From an uncultured delta proteobacterium (lineage in GTDB: Bacteria; Myxococcota_A; Polyangia; Fen-1088), in contig CAVTRY010000022.1 in NCBI GenBank assembly GCA_963737265.1, positions 224,001 through 288,000 on the forward strand: a stretch of 64,000 bases of DNA. Reading direction: 5' to 3'. A program made the position numbers and the translations under genes. The notes under the pieces were generated by a model, which did not search any database, had not been told where the DNA came from, and saw only the letters and a program-made list of their open reading frames with translations. Below, piece by piece: positions 45,230 to 54,812 of this stretch (positions are counted from its first letter, which is position 1; each line of letters begins with the position of its first letter).

Positions 45230-45420
45230 GTGTGGCGGGCGGAAACAGCAACGCCGTGACTGCGGGAGAGGGCAGCGCTCCCGGTTTGGGACCCGTGTCG
45301 GAATGGTACCTGACCACCCTCAACGTCACCGGAACAGTCAACTGCGCTGCGCTGGCAGTTGGAGAGCTGGTCAAATTGGTGATCGACTATCCGTGACCAC
45401 CGTTAGGCCTGTGCTAGCTT

Positions 45421-46254
45421 CTAACGCTTCTGGCAGCGACTACAGTAGAAGGTCGAACGTCCGCCATCCACCGATCGGCGGACGAGCTCGTCGCATGCAA
45501 AGCACTTTTCGCCCTCGCGTGCGTACACACGTAGCGCTTTGATGTTCTTGCCAGGTTCACCGGTGGAATCGACGAAGTCGCGAAAGGACGTTCCGCAATT
45601 GTCGATACCGGTTTGCAGGGTTTCGCAAATCGCTTGCACTAAGAGCTCGGCCTTCCCCTCCGCTCGATGGGCTGGCGCGCGCGGATGGATACGTGCGCGA
45701 AAGAGCGCCTCGCAGACGTAGATGTTGCCAAGTCCGGCCAGACGATGCTGGTTGAGCAGGAACGCCTTGATGGGCGCTCGAGACGAGGCCAGCAAGTCGC
45801 GCATCTTTTCCCCGTCGAGCTCGCTCAGCGGATCCAATCCAAGCGCTCGAATTTCGGGAAGCGCGTCGATTCTCTGCGCCGCCTGCACCGAGCCAAAACG
45901 CCGCGGATCGACAAAGCGCAATTCGCGTTCGCGAGGAAGCAGCCACACCACGTGCGTGTGTTTGACCTTCTCTTCGAGCTGCTCTTGAACTCTCAGTCGG
46001 CCAGTCATGCCCAAGTGAACCAAGACACCAGTTTGCTCGCCGTCGGCGCGGAACAGATCGATGAGAATGTATTTTCCCCGTCGCCGAACAGCCGCAATCT
46101 TCGCGCCCACACAACCGCTGCGCAGGGCTGCCTCGTCGAGCCGCCTGGCCCCGCGCAAGGCCAGTCCACTCGTCCACACTGCACGAATTGTCCTGCCGAC
46201 GATTTGCGGCCGCAGGGTGCGGACAACGGTTTCGACCTCGGGCAACTCAGGCAT
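45421..46254 (-). CDS. mutM: Formamidopyrimidine-DNA glycosylase
   Basis: MPELPEVET, RRGKY, HLGMTG, DPRRFG, GLGNIYVCEAL, C-terminal Zn finger. Confidence 0.96.
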   Translation of the reverse strand: MPELPEVETVVRTLRPQIVGRTIRAVWTSGLALRGARRLDEAALRSGCVGAKIAAVRRRGKYILIDLFRADGEQTGVLVHLGMTGRLRVQEQLEEKVKHTHVVWLLPRERELRFVDPRRFGSVQAAQRIDALPEIRALGLDPLSELDGEKMRDLLASSRAPIKAFLLNQHRLAGLGNIYVCEALFRARIHPRAPAHRAEGKAELLVQAICETLQTGIDNCGTSFRDFVDSTGEPGKNIKALRVYAREGEKCFACDELVRRSVDGGRSTFYCSRCQKR

Positions 46255-47119
46255 GGCTTGCCGATAGAGCATTGGCGAGACGAGCAAAATCCGCCACCGC
46301 CAATTCCTCCGCGCGCCGCGTGCCCTCAATCCCGGCCTCGGCAAGCGCCGCGCTGGCGCGCGCGCCGAACGCCGGTTCGAGAGCTCGTCTCAACATCTTT
46401 CGGCGCGCGCCGAAGGCCTCACGAACGAGAGACGCGAACATCGAGACGTCGTGAACCTGGGCGAGCGGCTGCTGGCGCGGGCGCAGGCGCACCACCGTGG
46501 ACGTCACCGAGGGCGCGGGCAGGAATGCGCCCGCACCCACGTGGAACAGAATCTCCGCTTCGCAGGCCTGCTGAACCATCACTGACAGTCGGCCGTACGC
46601 GCGACTGCCCGGTGGCGCCAGCATTCGCTGCGCGAATTCTTTTTGCACCATGAAGATCGCGCGGTCGACGACCTGGCCGCCCGCCGCCGCCCCGATAGTC
46701 GCGAACAGGAGCGGCGAAGTGATGACATAGGGCAAGTTCCCGACCACGACGAGCGGCTGGCCGACTTCCCTCGCTTTTCGTGCGAGGTCGAATTCCAACG
46801 CGTCGCCGAGCACGACCTCGATAGTGGGCCGGTTGGCGAGCTCGGCGCGCAATATTTCAGTCAGCCTCGCGTCCCGGTCGAGGGCGATGACCCTTGCCGC
46901 CTGGTCGCCGAGACGCGCGGTGAGCGCACCGAGGCCAGCGCCGATCTCGATCACGATGTCGGTCGCTCCAAGCTGCGCTGCCGACACGATTCGTTGCTGC
47001 ACGCGCGGATCGACGAGAAAGTTTTGCCCGAGAGACTTTTTCGGCGAAAGACCATGGCGCGCGAGCAGCTCTCGCGCTGGCGCCAGCGGCGGTCGCGCTG
47101 CGCCCGACGAAGCGGTCAT
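46247..47119 (-). CDS. rsmA: 16S rRNA m6,2A dimethyltransferase KsgA
   Basis: KKSLGQNFL, EIGAGLG, GNLPYVIT, MVQKE, YGRLSV, RRKML, RAEEL. Confidence 0.95.
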   Translation of the reverse strand: MTASSGAARPPLAPARELLARHGLSPKKSLGQNFLVDPRVQQRIVSAAQLGATDIVIEIGAGLGALTARLGDQAARVIALDRDARLTEILRAELANRPTIEVVLGDALEFDLARKAREVGQPLVVVGNLPYVITSPLLFATIGAAAGGQVVDRAIFMVQKEFAQRMLAPPGSRAYGRLSVMVQQACEAEILFHVGAGAFLPAPSVTSTVVRLRPRQQPLAQVHDVSMFASLVREAFGARRKMLRRALEPAFGARASAALAEAGIEGTRRAEELAVADFARLANALSASHA

Positions 47120-48129
47120 GAAAGCGGCAGCCCAGGATCGACGCTGAGGTCGAGCGCACCCCGCTCACCACGCTGGATGGCCCAGGTTCCCGCGAGAGCA
47201 ATCATGGCCGCGTTGTCCGTGCACAACGCGGGCGTGGGAATATAGAGAGTAAAACCGTCTTCATTCGCTGCCAGGGCCAGGGCCTGGCGCAAGCCACGGT
47301 TGGCTGCCACGCCTCCGCACACCACCAGATGCTGCAAGCCTTCGCGGGCAAGCGCGCGCCGAGCTTTGCGGACCAGAACGTCGACCACCGCCGCTTGAAA
47401 ACTGGCGCAAAAGTCCGCTCGTTCGCCTGCCTGCGGTCGCCCCTGCGATACCAACCGCGTAGCGACGGCGGTTTTGAGACCGGAGAACGAAAAATCCAAA
47501 TCCTCGCGACCCGGCAAGGCGCGCGGAAAGTGAAGCGTCGCCGGATTGCCATTCGCCGCCAGACGGTCGATCGCGATACCGCCGGGATACCCGAGACCGA
47601 GCAGCTTGGCGACTTTGTCGAACGCCTCACCCGCTGCATCGTCGCGCGTGGCTCCAAGGAGCGTGGTCTTCGCTTGTCCGTCCACCCGAAAGAGACTGGT
47701 GTGCCCACCCGAGACGAGCAAGGCGATATGGGGGAAGGGCGGCGCAGATGGGTTTTGTGGATGCTCGAGGTAGACCGCCGCCAGATGGCCGCGCAGATGG
47801 TTGACCCCGACGACGGGCTTGCCGATGGCGTAGGCGAGAGATTTTCCTATCTCCAGACCGACCAGCAGAGGTCCCACCAGCCCCGGTCCGCAAGTCGCGG
47901 CGATTCCATCGAGCTGGCCCGTGTCCGTTTCGGCGTCGCGCAAGGCCCGGCGTACAACCTTGACCACGGTGGCGAGATGCTGGCGCGACGCCACTTCGGG
48001 CACGACACCGCCGTATTCGGCGTGGACGAGCACCTGGGACGAAACGACGTTCGAGCGAATGGTCCGCCCGTTCTCGATGACGGCCGCCGCGGTCTCGTCG
48101 CACGAAGTCTCGATTCCCAGGATCAGCAC
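47116..48129 (-). CDS. tsaD: tRNA t6A37 threonylcarbamoyltransferase TsaD
   Basis: LGIETSCDET, GGVVPE.ASRQH, NHLRGH, SGGHT, DDAAGEAFDK, FSFSGLKT, GGVAAN, CTDNAAMI. Confidence 0.95.
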   Translation of the reverse strand: MLILGIETSCDETAAAVIENGRTIRSNVVSSQVLVHAEYGGVVPEVASRQHLATVVKVVRRALRDAETDTGQLDGIAATCGPGLVGPLLVGLEIGKSLAYAIGKPVVGVNHLRGHLAAVYLEHPQNPSAPPFPHIALLVSGGHTSLFRVDGQAKTTLLGATRDDAAGEAFDKVAKLLGLGYPGGIAIDRLAANGNPATLHFPRALPGREDLDFSFSGLKTAVATRLVSQGRPQAGERADFCASFQAAVVDVLVRKARRALAREGLQHLVVCGGVAANRGLRQALALAANEDGFTLYIPTPALCTDNAAMIALAGTWAIQRGERGALDLSVDPGLPLS

Positions 48130-48155
48130 TGCTAGACGTTTCGGCGGGTTCGCGG

Positions 48156-50945
48156 TTACAGATTGTTCAGAATAGCGCGCAGCTCGCGCGCGAAAGGCCC
48201 GGTCGGCGCCAAGTCCAAGTATTTCTTGTACGCCGCGCGCGCCTCGTCGATTTTTCCCGCTTCCTGCTCGGCATTGCCGAGGAGAACGTAGGCGTCGAAG
48301 CGTTGCGTGTCGGTCGCAATCGCCTTCCTCGCCAGGTTTCGTGCTTCCAGCAGGTGGCCACGATCGAGCTCGGCTCGCGCCAAGATCACCATGATCTCCG
48401 CCCCGTTCGGATTGGCGTCGAGTGCGGATCGGCAAGCAACCGCGACTTCCTTAGCCTTGCCCTTCCCGCTGGCGTCCACTTCTAGACACTTGCCGCGTAG
48501 TAGGGCAGGCTTGAGGATGGTGCCGCCCGTCGGTTTCGCTGCGACCGCGAGCTTGGCGCTCTCGGGTGGACGGGCTGGACTAGGCGGCGCGGGCAACGCA
48601 ACGGCGAGCGGCGCGGACGCTGAAGCTGCGTCGGGCCGCGGAATTTCCCGCCCAATAAGCACCACGAGGGCGGCCGCGCCAACAGAGAATGAGCCAAAGA
48701 GGATAAGCCAAACCTGCCGCGATGCTGTGGACTTCTTGGCCGTCCGCGGTTTGGCAATCTTGGCGGGAAGAACTTGCAGTGGAGCGTTTCCAGCCGGTGG
48801 CTGGCCGGTCACTGCCGTCGCAGGCGGGCTCCGAGGGGCGGGCGCGACTTCACCGTGGGCCACCTCGGCCGGCACGAAATCCGCGGACAGAATTTCGTTG
48901 GTCGCGAGCACAGGCACCGACGCCTTGAGCCCCTCTGACTTTGGCAGAGCCTTGGGCACAGGCGCGGGCTTGCCCGACAGAGCGGGCGCGGCCTCTGCCG
49001 GCGCCGAGAGCTTCGCGACGTTGCCTTGGATCGCGTCGGCATCGCGACTGTCCGCCGCAGCTGGCGTGGAATCGGTCAGCGGCGGAGCCGGAGCTGGCGC
49101 ATACGCGTCGACGGCTTTCTTGTCGGACGGATCCTTGGCGGATGTTACCTCCTTGGCCGGCCTGGTATCCCAGGCGCCCCAGTCCACTTCCTGCGCAGGC
49201 CGCTCGGGCTGGGGTACTACTGAGGCTTCGGGCCTGATTTCGCGAGAGGACACCGCACCGTCGACCAAGGCGGCAGCATTGCCGTGCTCGCGCGCGTTTC
49301 GGTCGTTCTGCGCGGACCCCTCGACTCTGGCTTCCTCCTCGGCAATTGCCTCGTGCATGGCCGATGCGCGCAGGGCGGAGTCTTCACTGAGAAGTCGCTC
49401 GGCCACGCCGAGCGGCTTCGTCGTTCGCTGCTCCGGCGTAATCGACCCTTCGGCGGTGACGGTGCGAGCAGCGGTTTCCGCAACCGGCTCGCGCGGGGAT
49501 TGCAAATTTGCATCCTCATCCTGCTCGCCAAACAGGTTGTCGATGGGCTGGCCTTTGAGAGTCGCCGGGGGCTGCAAGAATTCGTTGCTCCCCTCTGTCG
49601 TTGCATCAAGCCCCGGCTGTAGCGCTGCCGCCATGGTCTCTTCGCCGGAGAGGACGTTCGCGAGGGGCGCAACCGGGACTTCGGGCGGACGATTGTGCGC
49701 TCCGCTGCGGTCATCGCCTTCAGAAATCGCCCCCAAGATGTGAGACGCAGTCTCATCGCCCTGTCCGCCCTCAACTCGATACTCTTCTCGATGCTCTTCG
49801 CCCTGGTGTCGCGTGGGTGCGGGTGTCCGGGCCGGCACGACGTCCTCGTCCTGCCCGAGCTCCAACGGCGTGGCGAACTCCGAGGACGTGCCGACATCTT
49901 CCGCAGCGGCGCCATCTTCCGCGTCACCTTCGGACAACCAACGCGCCAGCCGCTCGCCCGGTTCGGATTCACCACTTCGGGCAGGGGCCTCTCGTGCAAA
50001 GACAATTTGTTGCCTGTAGAGCTTGCTGATGATGGTGAGGGCTTCGAGATCGGGCTGGTCGCAGTCCTCCACAACCTCTTGCAGCGTTCGCGCGCCGTCG
50101 CACAGCCGCAGCACCGAATTCATTTCGTCGGGTAGCTCCGCCAATTCCTCGGCCAGAACCCGGCAGTCCACCTCGAGAACGCTGGTTGGGCCAGGGAAGG
50201 TCTCGAGCAGATGCGTGCTCTCGTCGAGTCTGCGCATCCCTTCCATCAGCAGCGGCGCCATCGGTACGTCGATGACATCGTGGCGGCGAATCTGTTTGAA
50301 CTCGACGGCGAATTGACCTTCGGACCAAGAGAACAGCCGGTAAAGTGCGTGGGCGCCAGACAGGCGTCCAACCTCGGCGTCGATGACTTTTCCGTCGCGG
50401 AAGAAGATGGATCCGCGGCGATTATCGCGATTCACGATATGGATGATGCCCGACTTGCGGTTGAGCTCGATGGTTTGGACCAGGTCGACCACGCCAACAT
50501 CGGAGAGGTCGCCGGCGAATCGCGTCCGCCCCTCGCGACGCGACTCCATCCGCTCGCGCTCGGCTCGCTGGAGGGCCGTGCGCACGCGAATTCCGATCTC
50601 CTTGATGTAGATCGGCTTAGTGAGGTAGTCGTCGACGCCGAGCTCGAGCCCGCGGATTTTGTCTTCGATCGACTTGCGACCTGAAACGAAGATGAAAGGA
50701 ATCTTGGCCCAATCCGTCCTGGCCTTGATTTGACTACAAAGATCGAACCCATCCATTTCGTCGAGATCGGTGTCGGAGATAATTAGGTCGGGGACAGCGG
50801 ACTCCAGCGCTGTCATGGCCTCTCGGCCACTCGTAGCAGTGCTCACTTCAAAGCCAGCCTTCTTGAGGCTGACGTCGAGCACTCGAAGACTCTTGGGATC
50901 GCCGTCGACAAGCAAAAGGCGGTTCTTTGACTGGGCTGAGTCCAT
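48156..50945 (-). CDS. Response regulator receiver + DUF4388-like domain + long low-complexity linker + TM + C-terminal TPR
   Basis: REC (LVDGD, IISDTD, LTKP); FAGDLSD..VVDLVQ...KSG...GSIFFRDG.VIDA (DUF4388-like); TM VWLILFGSFSVGAAALVVLIG; TPR AYVLLG...EARAAYKKYLDLAP. ATG 50945. Confidence 0.8.
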   Translation of the reverse strand: MDSAQSKNRLLLVDGDPKSLRVLDVSLKKAGFEVSTATSGREAMTALESAVPDLIISDTDLDEMDGFDLCSQIKARTDWAKIPFIFVSGRKSIEDKIRGLELGVDDYLTKPIYIKEIGIRVRTALQRAERERMESRREGRTRFAGDLSDVGVVDLVQTIELNRKSGIIHIVNRDNRRGSIFFRDGKVIDAEVGRLSGAHALYRLFSWSEGQFAVEFKQIRRHDVIDVPMAPLLMEGMRRLDESTHLLETFPGPTSVLEVDCRVLAEELAELPDEMNSVLRLCDGARTLQEVVEDCDQPDLEALTIISKLYRQQIVFAREAPARSGESEPGERLARWLSEGDAEDGAAAEDVGTSSEFATPLELGQDEDVVPARTPAPTRHQGEEHREEYRVEGGQGDETASHILGAISEGDDRSGAHNRPPEVPVAPLANVLSGEETMAAALQPGLDATTEGSNEFLQPPATLKGQPIDNLFGEQDEDANLQSPREPVAETAARTVTAEGSITPEQRTTKPLGVAERLLSEDSALRASAMHEAIAEEEARVEGSAQNDRNAREHGNAAALVDGAVSSREIRPEASVVPQPERPAQEVDWGAWDTRPAKEVTSAKDPSDKKAVDAYAPAPAPPLTDSTPAAADSRDADAIQGNVAKLSAPAEAAPALSGKPAPVPKALPKSEGLKASVPVLATNEILSADFVPAEVAHGEVAPAPRSPPATAVTGQPPAGNAPLQVLPAKIAKPRTAKKSTASRQVWLILFGSFSVGAAALVVLIGREIPRPDAASASAPLAVALPAPPSPARPPESAKLAVAAKPTGGTILKPALLRGKCLEVDASGKGKAKEVAVACRSALDANPNGAEIMVILARAELDRGHLLEARNLARKAIATDTQRFDAYVLLGNAEQEAGKIDEARAAYKKYLDLAPTGPFARELRAILNNL

Positions 50946-51142
50946 ATCCGGAGCAGGCTCCGATTGTATCGCTCCTAGCGCGGCAGAGCTATCGCGGTTG
51001 AGTCGTGCCTGGGTTGAATAGTCGCCGATGGAGGCGACCTGGAGGGCGCATGGGGACATGGACAATGACGCGGAGATGGCGGTGGCGTCGAGGCTGCGGC
51101 ATCGGGCGTTCGATTGCGCGGCCTTTGTTCTACAATTGGGGA

Positions 51143-51757
51143 GTGTTTGATGAATTGGGAACGGAGATCAGAGAGATGGCCGAAAACTGGCGACTGGAAG
51201 TGACCGATGAGGTGTTGAGCCAGGTGTGCAAGTACCTGCGCCTTCTCTTGTTGTGGAACCGAAGCGTAAATCTAACTGGAGCGGCGGGCTTGGCGGATCT
51301 TGTTTGCGACCATCTCCCCGACAGCTTCGGGCTGTCCCGGCTCACCCCTGCTGGCGCGAGAGTCGTGGATGTCGGATCAGGGGGTGGCCTGCCCGCAATC
51401 CCGTTTGCTATTTTGCGACCGGATTGCACGGCCACGCTGATCGAACCTCGAGCAAGGCGGGTGGCATTTCTAAATGCGGCCAGAAGAGAGCTCAGTTGCA
51501 GGAACATCACCGTGGTTCGGGGCAGAGTCGCCGATGTCTCCGGGGCGTCCTTTGATGTTGCCGCTTCGCGTGCCACTTTTCCTCCTGCGGAGTGGCTGAA
51601 GCAATCTGAGCGGTTGGTTTGCGCCAGCGGTCGATGCATCGTTTTCGGTACCCGTTCGGTTGGCGTTGCCGAGACAGCGGCGCCACTGGTTGAGGAACTG
51701 ACGTACCGGACGAAGAGCGGAGCACCCAGGTGGCTGGGCGCCTATTGTTTCACGTGA
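51143..51757 (+). CDS. rsmG: 16S rRNA m7G527 methyltransferase GidB
   Basis: WNRSVNLT, HLPDS, DVGSGGGLP, IEPRARRVAFL, SRA. GTG 51143 follows TACAAT by 6 nt. Confidence 0.9.
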   Translation: MFDELGTEIREMAENWRLEVTDEVLSQVCKYLRLLLLWNRSVNLTGAAGLADLVCDHLPDSFGLSRLTPAGARVVDVGSGGGLPAIPFAILRPDCTATLIEPRARRVAFLNAARRELSCRNITVVRGRVADVSGASFDVAASRATFPPAEWLKQSERLVCASGRCIVFGTRSVGVAETAAPLVEELTYRTKSGAPRWLGAYCFT

Positions 51758-51761
51758 AACA
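51746..51761. promoter_or_regulatory. parS centromere-like site
   Basis: Perfect 16-bp palindrome TGTTTCACGTGAAACA matching the canonical parS consensus, ~8.5 kb from oriC; contains the rsmG TGA stop. Confidence 0.9.
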
Positions 51762-51821
51762 GTCCCGGTTCTTAAAGAGCGTTGACTCCAGTCCCTCACC
51801 CCTCCAGATTCCTCCACAACC

Positions 51822-53019
51822 GTGTCGTCCTCCCTCAACGATCAACTTGCCTCCGAGCTCCAGACCCTCCGAGAGACTAACCGCTTCCGAGCATGCCCCA
51901 ACCTCGCCGGCCTATCTCGCATTCACGTCTCTCTGGACGGCCGCGACCACATATCCTTCTGTTCCAACGACTACCTCGGACTTGCTTGCCATCCTGATCT
52001 CTCCGAGGCCGCACGACAGGCGATGACCTCGTCAGGCTTTGGTGCGGGCGGCGCTAGGCTCATAAGCGGGAACCTGCCTCAACACCGATCACTCGAAGAA
52101 GGCAATCGCGGTCCTCGTCAACCTCCCCAGGGCTCTACTCTTTCCAACCGGCTACCAAGCCAACCTCGGCGTGCTCACCGCATTGGCCGGCCCGCAGGAT
52201 CTCATCGTCGCCGATCGTGCCGTTCACGCCAGTCTCATCGATGGCTGCCGCCTTTCTCGCGCCAAATTGGCCATCTATCCCCACCTTAAGCTCGACACCG
52301 CCGAGAAACACCTGCGCCGCCTCGGTCCCAGCGCACGCCGCCGCTTTCTGGTGACGGAGTCTCTCTTCAGCATGGACGGAGACCTCGCCCCGCTCCCTGC
52401 CCTCGCCTCGCTCACTGCCACCTACGATGCCGCACTCGTCGTCGATGAGGCACACGCCATCGGCACAATTGGCCCTTCCGGAGCCGGGCTTTGCGCTCAC
52501 TACGGCGTCGTGCCTGATATCCTTGTCGGGACTCTCGGCAAAGCAGCCGGTGCTAGCGGCGCCTTCGTCGCCGGAGCATCTCTCCTCTGCGACTACCTCA
52601 CCAATCGTGCCCGTTCGTTTATCTTCACCACTGCCCTACCACCCCCGGTCGCCGCCGCCGCCGAAGCCGGGCTCCGGATTCTCTCCTCTCCGCACGGCGA
52701 CTCTCGCCGTCAAACTCTTCGCGCTCTCATCACCCAGCTCCGCACTGACATCTCTCTTCCCAACGATCGAGAGCCAACTCCCATAATCCCCATCCTCCTC
52801 GGCAGCGAAGCAGCCGCTCTTCACGCTTCCGACCATCTGCGAAGGCACGGATTCATAATACCCGCAATTCGCCCGCCAGCGGTGCGAGAGGGAACATCCC
52901 GCCTGCGCCTCACGCTCTCTGCACTCCACACTCCCCACGACGTATTTTCCCTGGGGGCTGCCCTGACTGCCTACCTACGCCCCCCACGAAGCACCTTCCG
53001 AACACCCCAACCCAGCTAG
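51822..53019 (+). CDS. bioF: 8-amino-7-oxononanoate synthase, split by a +1 frameshift near 52101
   Basis: FCSNDYLGL and GAGGARLISG in the first frame; F.TGYQAN, HASLIDG, ESLFSMDGD, VDEAHA, GTLGKA and AIRPP in the second. Confidence 0.88.
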
Positions 53020-53071
53020 AAAATATTCAATCCTTCCCCCACTTACGACCCAAACAGCCGAAGCACCTGCC

Positions 53072-53800
53072 ATCGAAACCCCCGGACTCATCATCGTCGG
53101 AACCGACACCGGCGTCGGAAAAACCACCGTCGCAGCAGCTCTCCTTCGCATGCTCTTCGAGGCCGGCCACCGTCCCGCACCCCTCAAGCCCGTCGAGACA
53201 GGTGCGGATCCTCGACCCCTGGACGCCATCCGCCTTCGTTCTGCAGCAGGTCGAGAGGACCTGCCCCTTTCAATCGTCTGTCCGGTCTCTCTGCCAGATC
53301 CCGTCGCCCCGGCGGCCGCCGCCAAAGCAGCGCGAGTCACGATAACGCTCTCAAACCTCCTTGCCTGCGCCGCAAACAGTGCACACCACGGGTCTCCCCT
53401 CATCGTCGAGTCCGCCGGCGGCCTTCTGTCTCCCTACGCGCCCGGCCTAACCACCGCTGACCTCGCTGCCGCTTTGCACCTTCCTCTTCTTCTCATCTCT
53501 CGCAACGCCCTCGGCACCGTCAATCACACCGCCCTCGCCATCGCCGAGATCCGCCGCCGCGCGCTGCCGCTGCTCGGTATTGTTCTCGTCAATACTCACC
53601 CTACCCCGTCGCCCGATCAGGAGTCTAACTCTTCCCTCATCGAAGACATCACAGGGCTTTCACCGCTGGGCATCCTTCCGTATCTACCATCCAGGGAACC
53701 TCCGAACCTAGCCGCCGCTCTCCGCAACAACATCGACACCCAACCAATCCTCGCCGCTCTCCTCGCCCAGCCTCTGCCTCCCCCCTTTTCGGGAAAATGA
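53072..53800 (+). CDS. bioD: Dethiobiotin synthase (no canonical start codon; possibly fused to BioF)
   Basis: In-frame GTDTGVGKT P-loop upstream of the track's ATG 53150; LKPVETG, VESAGG, LGTVNH. No ATG/GTG/TTG between stop 52964 and the P-loop. Confidence 0.85.
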   Translation: METPGLIIVGTDTGVGKTTVAAALLRMLFEAGHRPAPLKPVETGADPRPLDAIRLRSAAGREDLPLSIVCPVSLPDPVAPAAAAKAARVTITLSNLLACAANSAHHGSPLIVESAGGLLSPYAPGLTTADLAAALHLPLLLISRNALGTVNHTALAIAEIRRRALPLLGIVLVNTHPTPSPDQESNSSLIEDITGLSPLGILPYLPSREPPNLAAALRNNIDTQPILAALLAQPLPPPFSGK

Positions 53801-54251
53801 CCACGCGCCTCGCCGTTCCATCGCCCTCGGACTCTGTCGTTACGCCCGGATGCTCCGCCAGGGTGTGGTGCACGACTTTCCGGTCCTGAGCACTCATTGG
53901 CTCCACGGGAACTGGTCTTCCGGACCTCACCGCCTTTTCCGCGAGCCTCCGTGCCAGGTCGACCAGCGAATCTTCCCGCCGACCCCGGTACCCCTCTGCG
54001 TCAACAACGATTGGCGACGCATCGCCCGGCGTCCGAAAAACTATCCGACTAACCAAATACTGTAATGCGTCTAACGTCGCGCCCTTCTTCCCAATTACCA
54101 GCCCGGACTCCGATCCGTGCGCATCCAGGATGATTCTCTCGCCGTCGTCAAACGCGCTCACTTCAGCGTCAACTCGCATTCTTTCCAGGATTTCCCGCAA
54201 AACTCTCGCTGCTTCCTCGCGCTTCTCGGTCAACGTGCTTCGCTCTGTCAT
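53649..54251 (-). CDS. jag: Jag/KhpB (EloR) RNA-binding protein, KH + R3H domains, no Jag_N domain
   Basis: LVIGKKGATLDALQYL, DAEGYR.RRE, PMSAQDRKVVH, SEGDG..RRVVI; SD GGAG. The C-terminal ~45 aa run antisense through bioD. Confidence 0.88.
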   Translation of the reverse strand: MTERSTLTEKREEAARVLREILERMRVDAEVSAFDDGERIILDAHGSESGLVIGKKGATLDALQYLVSRIVFRTPGDASPIVVDAEGYRGRREDSLVDLARRLAEKAVRSGRPVPVEPMSAQDRKVVHHTLAEHPGVTTESEGDGTARRVVIFPKRGEAEAGRGERRGLVGCRCCCGERRLGSEVPWMVDTEGCPAVKAL

Positions 54252-54727
54252 CTGCTCTCCAAACTAGATGCTGAAACTGGCTATTGGGGTCGGCAACGGA
54301 GGCCCCGCGCTACCGTTGTCCCTTGCCAGCGTAGCAATTCTCGAAAACTGACCGCCTCCCCAATCTCCCTCTGCGCCAACTTCCCCGCCCTTGCCCCGAG
54401 TCCATCTTGAAACCCCTCTTCTTTCCTTCGACCCAGCGCGCCCACTCACGCTACCATTATCGCCACCAGCGCGTCCTCGGCCATCCCCGCCCATGCCCAC
54501 TGGGGGCCTCCTGCTGTTCTCCGATTCTGCCTTCCGCGTTCGCACCTTAGTAAGCCACGTAGGAGAAAACCCTACCTTTCCGTGCCCAACTTTGTCAATA
54601 TTCACTCAGTCCAACATTACCCCTCTTCACTTATCTTCCATCTTGAACCGGGCGCCAACCGACATCTCTCCGACCTGGCTCCCCCCGGCGCGCGGCACTC
54701 CGAATGGATGCTAGCACTCCTTTTCGC

Positions 54728-54756
54728 TTGACTCGCTTAAGTTATCGAGGTAGAGT
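54728..54756 (+). promoter_or_regulatory. Sigma70-type promoter for carD/cdnL
   Basis: TTGACT, 17-nt spacer, TAGAGT; SD AGGAG before ATG 54813. Confidence 0.7.
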
Positions 54757-54812
54757 ACGCGCGCCTCGGTTGCTGAGGCGAATTAACAAAGGACCTACAG
54801 GAGAGCACCTAT

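Noticed and set aside
54264-54714. ORFs in the jag-carD intergenic region
   Set aside because: Low-complexity Gly/Arg or Pro/Ser translations caused by the extreme C skew; no SD or domain.
54711-54740. CIRCE (HrcA) operator over the carD promoter
   Set aside because: Left half CTAGCACTC fits, but the right half does not match GAGTGCTAA at 9-bp spacing.
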